The position numbers and the translations under genes were made by a program. From NCBI GenBank assembly GCA_002311645.1, contig DBYW01000034.1, forward strand, positions 43,227 to 107,226: a stretch of 64,000 nucleotides of DNA, in the 5' to 3' direction. Origin of the DNA: Bacteroidales bacterium UBA1176. Lineage in GTDB: Bacteria > Bacteroidota > Bacteroidia > Bacteroidales > WCHB1-69. Positions 55,901 through 60,443 of the stretch are shown in pieces (the stretch's first letter is position 1; every line of letters starts with the position of its first letter). A model generated the notes under the pieces. It saw nothing but the letters and a program-made list of their open reading frames with translations. It was not told the DNA's origin and did not search any database.

Positions 55901-56438
55901 CGACTTCCCCTACACGATCAACAAGTCTTTGCCTTGGACGCATTATTTCAATGCCTGGAACAACCTGTACACGCTCGGTAACGATTTCAACCCCAACGCT
56001 TCCAATCCGGAGACCATGCACGTGAGCAGAGCCAGCTATCAATTCTATTCCTGGTTGTGGTTCCACTATAAAAAAGCACCCAACACTTGGGAGGGCACAA
56101 AGGGTATGACCGTTGTTTTTGATGACAAAGACGGCAGGACATTGCCCAATTGGTACAGCAACATGAACAATTTGGCCACCAATGACAAACCGTACGTGAA
56201 AATTGTATATGCATCCGGTGGCGATAACAGTACCACCATTGCCAGACAAATCAAGACTAATCTGTTTGGATCAGGAGAAGACATCCATGACAGTGCATAC
56301 AATTTCAACAAAACAGTGTCACGTTCATGGAAACTGAACAACTACAAGAAAGACGCAACCTGGACGACCAAAGACAACAACACCCAGAAACTCACCTTCC
56401 CGGATTACAAAAACGTGGAGGCTTATATAGACGATTAA
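46923..56438 (+). CDS. 3171-aa secreted giant protein, unknown function
   Basis: A single uninterrupted ORF starting 21 nt after the barrel gene. Signal peptide MKPIVRFFVILACMFVTTAQAQ. N-terminal FN3/Ig-like modules (FNWTG, FSWGK, SVSWLP, FKWSP), a huge beta-rich body, an N/S/T-rich linker (about 54120-54800) and an aromatic-rich C-terminal domain. No T9SS CTD and no lipobox. Confidence 0.9.
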   Translation: MKPIVRFFVILACMFVTTAQAQVTTTITPKVQLFPSSGLNYLDDPTQYFNVIMTNTGPEAKQIYVSFRVSCDFSATGESFYLQSPANLAPPQPLTLASNETRVITMQNFRMLMSHINGRDIQMGGITWQDALMLPEGNYQICIQTYYWDHAGTVPAPVEAGPAGCCNFTICYSGSAPEFTSPIIGQSGANINVINPMADQADNNNDNFDAANGSDSRSNSAYAVLTPSRQVVFNWTGVISNCITNSNVDYILKIVEVFPQQSVYDAIDNDRTIYTVNTGSRTTCIIDTMNDLNAKFQLGHTYAAMVQAVPKNQNIMLKLGNDGKSQIITFSWGKTAGGPFPRNIPPGGNSNSRTLDSSFTDNKADVLASLYDPYLIMPAVDDDAADVLVGKFPSENANRPKNTRPLIDGLYYRLNDKDKFSVSWLPMRGDSLTKVEYVVNLYEYIGGDVSFSASRPPLKSFKMTKTNGFSSTSVEYLSLPEKWDTLLEHGNKYFLVLEAASHYKYRKTTNYTETIVENGTTTQNTYSKYTIMEGTEFFYSNEVFQWGYDSALLETVQVAQLIYPVDMRGRAADYGLGETEVEEVYNNSALNFKWSPADNVLDRDTVTYNLLIFKWKKGILPSQMKDTLFCYKNLTATEFMNDTIKDSLKVGSQFVAVVETRVKQAVATDDPYIIPNKGRSWAAPFKIVETAEETADNDPSSQCFSETFANINKKDTLRPKNINEIKGKELTMNGFKVVFQEIQEKTDSIKDRKTKKVTLRKSYYGKGYIVWNPFVLNTRIKVQLDSILFNSKYEIFTGCAKSLAADSTALLPMDFSSKIGDWTESKVNALYSKVGSDQDVQKYINYFNKPSYTSIGGLFGAGDGSESPSFYLPLKVNSQDFYLPDDGCNVIMAINNMYLSPKTALMNLFTLFYSQEDNIYIPMIATNICMKPDNFFPGINEGIDVYLAKDIDMELSDGYNMTLKRASKLGKKDDGTVISFRTKTDDKSAGFEQLNLEFQFDLTSSSALAHNKSGVLALNPKTGVPQKGTPVKAGALIIIQDWKDWLARVSFDPFALEDFPDMAFVPGRNIWYDHSSKSNPAKFPKDYQSSAGKGPAWQGFFMEDLGFVMSDKIGTVFGAGDTNVKPMYQYKYGPNGEIKDSSEVAFTKQCLGFRIANTIIDAEGVTTDIQAVNIVDASTKDAGSWAFSIDTIGVKVLKGKFNKGYIVGTAQVPLMTGRLNYNCAIATDSLTFGLSTKKKDTLGFDLWLAKLDIQQSYFKLVHKYEKTAADSAHPQTAIDLKLNGKINIDFQKLKIPVNFAMVKFENFTLRNFKNAKDTNVKRIGDSDLWFYMGDWAKASPQHYLSSNASNKDVYTGSIGGFTFSVQTIKPVYGLEGTKAKLGFATAIKVGFKTGPKETNDKGESSDAFSIDAGCGFKVWGKIDYKSWDFNKDDIGGSVDSVTIETDCFSVFKLKGKLVWIGNENPDPTYGEGMFGSLDVTIMDKIEIAMAAAFGTVGQDTSSYKWWMFQGAATGFEIPVPPIVFTGFGGGFAYNMTVKPSATLANAKAHDLISGDDGASLAAKMVSGSLSQCEFIPQKNSWVAKAGLSLSLANEKLMNADGILTLRVSRGKFSGILIDVSTYILTDPSGAAATAAAEEKNKNTMIKARALMGYEQNDDYHYFKFALCVKGGIDLTNMLKNSGITQALDGVKDKINCFGNDVIKDVTCAFDPLTNVATIDSTAGKAKTDSAVAAGIGAGINFALPIEFEVTSYKKGNSLGKSGTDWYFCIGKPTPGERVEFNMWANLVIFETSTKFTFYFITGNSFDFELPPLDPEVEEFFFGGSSGKQVNTNATNTVDQQGQELKNMYKNSPKFKNAGGFAMGMTYRSEIKYEMFLYIQVMAAFGFDVALLDTKGQSCEGYDHIGKNDFYAMGQLYAMLKGSAGLSINLGFWKGKLELCSLGIGALLKGGGPRPSWAFGLLRLKASLLNGLISINTSVDFHVGNVCVPGAGDPLANVNFFESITPGYKDAATALKDGNAASPIGGGVIVSNMPWNQAVTLVTPTADGRGEDARKFIFVIEKNKCKHEFSKNRGTSWSTVNRNTYKIESYPNDANTLLFEDNEGGFEEKSLQRWSFTARAYEYRLAFDTKNSRLKDTCYDENNNFVFKKIPTKFDNTTWGWYNPKYTNDKDSAIHVFRQDTVIYFNIDSLPDNLYNQVVYSWPYNGDPSIPKDEFKADFGGNHEIRIYLAKSRPELFDPQFLTANGKEIQFWLFKGYGGFNSQPLRCTDYYYYSNAGLPFIRVKVDDSFIEKGKPYILRMLLVNKADYQNAIDNLMAAQRVSTRTDYELTSQNWDKVYASHRASTSTGTSGSHLNVGNFNFYSNSKIEALNQRIEHEAGVANLEPVLGGGLSRPSLGDIFGTGTGNTTPGHGTFTGTTNPTITNPGTFIRPATSSRLTNTANNGVILTNSANLNSGVLANNNLNAGLLEVNANLETNKNMTTGNRGRLRSSSANSNSNDNTAATGSTTIQARGQLNGSLSNSSSSNNLNVTSLNARNLVKRESNTIQRKGQIVISDNTSNSATTINGNTVVVNTSLVRIPSTSNSNSTGGSITGVYHPVINTSDNRLSNGSHNGLLPTLVATTTTDNVSVEDYQYEKLREDYTDQGSDTSMLYERKSLEEYTIAYQLGDTIYDLCFKTDPNYSTYEELFTNIMACYNSGISASGPSSSASSSVFPIMTSSSTAQRFGWYSYLFVPQTPNDANRYNTNVKLPAIAAFVLSTAEEHRTAAMAKHLFLMTQFSMMRDYSNLYTNAPIKKIPHQNDHVGSYRDDFSINGSWDDIDCDYNQDFFNGTQGGIIRDYSKSWKNLDLRSYTVSRRASTNPDMFEPCGQILGHGLTLPDEYRTYFAQQYWAVPNLLEVSTTRSKTAVITIKSFGEKQSDWEDYNGSRNSIATVTITDKATPAMYDDIKMFFDFFKKCTEIAAYPLNRGYSHKKNILKKLYSADYAHACLQFDNDFPYTINKSLPWTHYFNAWNNLYTLGNDFNPNASNPETMHVSRASYQFYSWLWFHYKKAPNTWEGTKGMTVVFDDKDGRTLPNWYSNMNNLATNDKPYVKIVYASGGDNSTTIARQIKTNLFGSGEDIHDSAYNFNKTVSRSWKLNNYKKDATWTTKDNNTQKLTFPDYKNVEAYIDD

Positions 56439-56492
56439 AAAAGCATACGTTACAGTACAATTCAGAGAAGTCAACAAATAAACAGCGCTAAT

Positions 56493-58661
56493 ATGAAAAA
56501 AATAATATGGTCCGCGATATTGATGATGATATGCATGGGTGTCCCTCGCATATATGCGCAAGACACCGTCAAGATCCGTCAGAACAACAAGGTGGTGTTG
56601 CTCTACCGCGCGTATGGTGACAGTGTGGTTTTCCGCTGGGCACCTGAGGATGCCGGTTTATGGATGCTCGCCAACAAGCACGGGTGGTTGCTCGAACGCT
56701 CGTTGACGGATGAGGAAATCAAAAAGTCGGGTAACAGTTCCCGCATTGACACCCTCCTGAACAACGGCAAACCCATCCGTCCGCTCACTTTGGAGCAGTT
56801 CCAGCAGCAGTTCGACAGCACCGACATGCATGCCGGCGCCGCCGCCCAGGCCCTGTACGGGGAGGGCGCGTTTGTTACCGACCCTAACGACCAGAACGGT
56901 TTTATGAATTATGTGTTTCGCAAGGACCAGGAACAGCAACAGCGTCATTTCATGGCCCTGCTGGCTGCCGAAGGCCATCCCGAGATCATGAATGCCTTGG
57001 GCTTGCGCTATGTGGATCGCACCGTGAAGAAGGGTGAGTGGTATGACTACACCCTTCGCACGCCCGTTCCCAAACACCTTTATGATGTGCCCCCGGTCTC
57101 CGTCATCTTCCAGAATGTCCCTTACGTGCGCACGGAAGAAGAGATGATGCCCACTGTGGAGATACAGCAAATAGACGCCTATCGAGCTATCGTCTATTGG
57201 AAAAAGAACAAGCTGTCGGGCTATTTTATTGAAAGAAAAACCAACAAGGACCGCAATTGGGAACCTATGAACAACGTGCCCATCTATGGATACAATCCCG
57301 ATGAGGAGACCTACAAGGTGCTGGGTGAGGATGTCGCCAGATTGATGGAAAACAATGTGGCGTTCATTGACTCCCTGGATCTGAAAACCCAGTACCAGTA
57401 CCGCGTGCGAGCATTTGACGCCTTCGGCGATTATGTGCCCTACAAAGAGAGCGAGAAATTTGAGATGATGGACCTTGTCCCACCCACCATCCCCATCATC
57501 ACGGGTTGTGTCCCCAAAGACAACACAACCTGCACGGTCTATTGGGAAAAGAATGTGATAGAAGATGACTTTGAAGGCTATCTGCTCACCTTCTCCGACT
57601 CACCCGACGGCCCGTGGTCGAATGTGTCGGATTTGCTGGGACCCAAGACCAAGCAATATTTGGACGAGTATGCCGGAGTGCGCGGCAGAGGATACTACAA
57701 GCTCATCGCATACGACAAGTACAAGAACGTCAGCTTCTCCAGCTCTGCCCTCAACAACATAGAGGACGTGGTGCCGCCCGTGAAGCCCACCGGACTGAGA
57801 GCCTTGGTAGATTCTGCAGGTCTGGCCCATTTCACTTGGGATAAGAATCCCGAAAAGGATGTGATGGGCTATCGTGTTTTCTTCGCCAACCAGATGGACC
57901 ACGAATTCGTGGAGTGTTCCCATGGTCTGGCCCACACCAATGCCTTCATCGACACCCTCGATTGGCACACCATCACCAAGTATGCCTACTACTATATCAT
58001 GGCTGAGGACTACAGTCACAACGTGTCGGAGCACTCCGACACCATTGCGGTGCCCGTTCCCGACAAAATCCCCCCCACCCCGTGCATCTTGGACGACATC
58101 ACGGTGACCGACAACACTGTGGTGGTGCGCTGGACCAAGAGCGCTTCCTCCGATGTGATGTACTATTTCATCTATCGCAAATTGAAAAAGCAGAAACAGT
58201 GGGAATTGCAACAGGCTGTGCAGCCGTGGCAAATCATCGAGGCCGATTATATCGTCTTTATTGACCATCCGACACCATCGTCCGACATGTACCAATACTG
58301 CATTGAAGCGGTGGACGATTTCCACAACACGTCTGGCCGGTCGGGTTATGCCAATGCGTTTGTACGCGAAGCCCTGGTCGTGGACCTTCCCATCCAGTTA
58401 AAGGCTTCTGCCGACAAGAAGAACAACAGCGTCACATTGGATTGGGCGTACGACTATATGGGGCGCCATCACCATTACGGATTGATATATCGCTCTGTCA
58501 ACGGCTCTGAATATCAGGCATACCAGCGGTTTGAAAAAGGCACCAAGACCTTTGTTGACCGGGATTTGAAGGCTGGCGACAAGGTCAGCTACTATATCGT
58601 CCTGTATTTCGGCAAGGGCCAGCGCTCGCTGCCCTCGCAAGAGGTTCAGGCAGGGCTGTAG
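56493..58661 (+). CDS. Secreted protein with five FN3-like modules
   Basis: Signal peptide MKKIIWSAILMMICMGVPRIYAQ. Repeated modules have a W-strand (VYWKK, VYWEK, FTWDK, VRWTK, LDWAY), a Y-x-Y-x-(V/I) strand (YQYRVRAFD, YYKLIAYD, YYYIMAED, YQYCIEAVD) and D-x-(V/I)-P-P-x-x-P linkers. Confidence 0.8.
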   Translation: MKKIIWSAILMMICMGVPRIYAQDTVKIRQNNKVVLLYRAYGDSVVFRWAPEDAGLWMLANKHGWLLERSLTDEEIKKSGNSSRIDTLLNNGKPIRPLTLEQFQQQFDSTDMHAGAAAQALYGEGAFVTDPNDQNGFMNYVFRKDQEQQQRHFMALLAAEGHPEIMNALGLRYVDRTVKKGEWYDYTLRTPVPKHLYDVPPVSVIFQNVPYVRTEEEMMPTVEIQQIDAYRAIVYWKKNKLSGYFIERKTNKDRNWEPMNNVPIYGYNPDEETYKVLGEDVARLMENNVAFIDSLDLKTQYQYRVRAFDAFGDYVPYKESEKFEMMDLVPPTIPIITGCVPKDNTTCTVYWEKNVIEDDFEGYLLTFSDSPDGPWSNVSDLLGPKTKQYLDEYAGVRGRGYYKLIAYDKYKNVSFSSSALNNIEDVVPPVKPTGLRALVDSAGLAHFTWDKNPEKDVMGYRVFFANQMDHEFVECSHGLAHTNAFIDTLDWHTITKYAYYYIMAEDYSHNVSEHSDTIAVPVPDKIPPTPCILDDITVTDNTVVVRWTKSASSDVMYYFIYRKLKKQKQWELQQAVQPWQIIEADYIVFIDHPTPSSDMYQYCIEAVDDFHNTSGRSGYANAFVREALVVDLPIQLKASADKKNNSVTLDWAYDYMGRHHHYGLIYRSVNGSEYQAYQRFEKGTKTFVDRDLKAGDKVSYYIVLYFGKGQRSLPSQEVQAGL

Positions 58662-58693
58662 CCGTTAGCATTTAGCCGTTAGCCAATAGCCAA
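58659..58693 (+). repeat. Five perfect-register heptads TAGCCGT TAGCATT TAGCCGT TAGCCAA TAGCCAA beginning with the stop codon of the FN3 gene
   Basis: TAG at 58659, 58666, 58673, 58680 and 58687. The array fills the whole spacer up to the convergent sulP stop (CTA at 58697-58699). Confidence 0.8.
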
Positions 58694-58696
58694 CAG

Positions 58697-60409
58697 CTAA
58701 TGCAGAATCTCAGTATTTTCCAGAAACTCCGTGCACTCCTCAAAGGTGGCGAAGGTGTGTTCCTTCGGGATCACGGCGGGGATGACGTTCATCTTGGTGA
58801 GCATATACATAGGCTGCGGCTGGATGATGGTCATCAACACGATGATGCCCTTGGCCTGCAAGTCCTTGATGGCCGTCTCCATTGCATAAAGCCCTGACTG
58901 GTCCATAAAGCTGACCAGACGCATTCTGATAATCACAATCTTGACATCGTCGGGCACGTCGTGCATCACCTCCTGGAAACGGGTGATGGAGCCGAAAAAG
59001 ATTGGGCCGTTGAGGCGCTGGATGTAGATTTGGTGCTTGGTCTCTTCCGAAAGCCCGTGCTCGTCCTTCCAGGGCAACTCCTTGTCGAACTGGTTGATTT
59101 CGCCCGACTGGTAGCCACTCTCCACCAAGTCGCTGGCGCGTTTCATAAAGAGCACGCAAGCAATGATCATTCCGATACCCACAGCAATGAGCAAATCGAC
59201 GAAGACGGTAAGCAGCAGTACGGTGATGAGCACCACAGCGTCGGCGCGCGGGATGTTGGGCAGGTCTTTCAGTCCTTTGAAGTCGATGATGCCGACACCC
59301 ACGGTGATGAGGATGCCGGAAAGCACTGACAGCGGCACGTATTTCACAAAACGGCCGAGTCCGAGCAGGATGGCGAGCAGGAAAAGTGCATGCACGATGC
59401 CCGACAGACGGGTGCGTCCACCGCTCTTCACGTTGACGACCGTACGCATGGTGGCACCCGCGCCGCCGATGCCCGCGAACAAACCCGCAAACATATTGCC
59501 GATGCCCTGACCAATCAATTCCTTGTTGCTGTTATGCTTGGTCTTGGTGATATTGTCGGCCACCACGGAGGTGAGCAGCGTGTCGATGGAGCCGAGGCCC
59601 GCGAGGGTGAGCGCGGGAATGGCGGCGCTCTTCAGCACTGCGCCCCACTGGATGCCCGCCAAGGAGACCTTCGTGAAAACAGGAAGCGGAAATCCCGACG
59701 GTATCTCGCCGATGGTCAGGTTGGAGTTGAAATCCTTGACAAACAAGGAGACAACCGTCACCACTATCAATGCCACCAACGTGGCAGGCACTTTCTTGGT
59801 GATCAACGGGAAAAGGTAGATGATGGCAATGGTCGCCAAACCGAAAATGAGCGCGTGGATGTCGAAGCCTGCGATTCGTGACGGGAACTGCGTGATCATA
59901 TCCACGATGAGCACCGGCGATTTCATCCCGAACAGCGGATAGATCTGCTGCAGGATGATGATGATGCCGATACCGCTCATAAAGCCCGACAATACCGGGT
60001 AGGGGATGTAGCGGATATATTTGCCGATTTTCAGGATGCCGAAAAGGATCTGGAAAACGCCGCAGAGCATGCCCGCCACCGACATCGTGACGAGCACCGT
60101 CTCGATGGAGTGCGCGCCCCCCGCCGACCAGATGCCGGAGATGAGCGTAGCCGTGATGACCGTCATCGGTCCCGTGGGGCCGCTGATTTGTGACGGCGTG
60201 CCCCCGAACAGGGAGGCGAAGAATCCGACCATAATGGCACCCACCAGGCCCGCCAGGGCTCCGATGGCTCCGATATTGGGAATGTCTTGCACGTCAATCA
60301 CGCCGAAGGCCTGGATACCGAAAGCCAAGGCTAAGGGAAGGGCCACGATGCCGGCGGTGATGCCGCCGAAGATGTCCCCTTTCAAATTGCTGGTATTTAG
60401 TTTATTCAT
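58697..60409 (-). CDS. SulP-family inorganic anion transporter with C-terminal STAS domain
   Basis: GDIFGGITAGIVALPLALAFG, a multi-pass membrane core, and a C-terminal soluble ~120 aa that is STAS-like. Confidence 0.9.
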   Translation of the reverse strand: MNKLNTSNLKGDIFGGITAGIVALPLALAFGIQAFGVIDVQDIPNIGAIGALAGLVGAIMVGFFASLFGGTPSQISGPTGPMTVITATLISGIWSAGGAHSIETVLVTMSVAGMLCGVFQILFGILKIGKYIRYIPYPVLSGFMSGIGIIIILQQIYPLFGMKSPVLIVDMITQFPSRIAGFDIHALIFGLATIAIIYLFPLITKKVPATLVALIVVTVVSLFVKDFNSNLTIGEIPSGFPLPVFTKVSLAGIQWGAVLKSAAIPALTLAGLGSIDTLLTSVVADNITKTKHNSNKELIGQGIGNMFAGLFAGIGGAGATMRTVVNVKSGGRTRLSGIVHALFLLAILLGLGRFVKYVPLSVLSGILITVGVGIIDFKGLKDLPNIPRADAVVLITVLLLTVFVDLLIAVGIGMIIACVLFMKRASDLVESGYQSGEINQFDKELPWKDEHGLSEETKHQIYIQRLNGPIFFGSITRFQEVMHDVPDDVKIVIIRMRLVSFMDQSGLYAMETAIKDLQAKGIIVLMTIIQPQPMYMLTKMNVIPAVIPKEHTFATFEECTEFLENTEILH

Positions 60410-60443
60410 AGTTATGGTTTTTTATTTGTCAAAAAACAGCGGA

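Noticed and set aside
47031-56249. Antisense ORFs of 240-330 aa inside the giant gene (47031..47822 -, 49554..50555 -, 50622..51569 -, 55281..56249 -)
   Set aside because: They have no start context, signal peptide or motif, and they are fully nested in a 9.5-kb uninterrupted sense ORF.
44976-56438. Calling the barrel + giant pair a two-partner (TpsB/TpsA) secretion system
   Set aside because: There are no POTRA-like N-terminal domains in the barrel protein. The giant has no TPS-domain NPNL/NPNGI motifs or haemagglutinin-type repeats. Only the gene-order logic is similar.
14577-58693. Short tandem heptad/octad repeats as CRISPR arrays or minisatellite phase-variation switches
   Set aside because: The units are 7-8 nt with no spacers, so they are not CRISPR. 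They lie outside coding regions, so copy-number change would not shift a reading frame. They are reported instead as 3'-end stop arrays.
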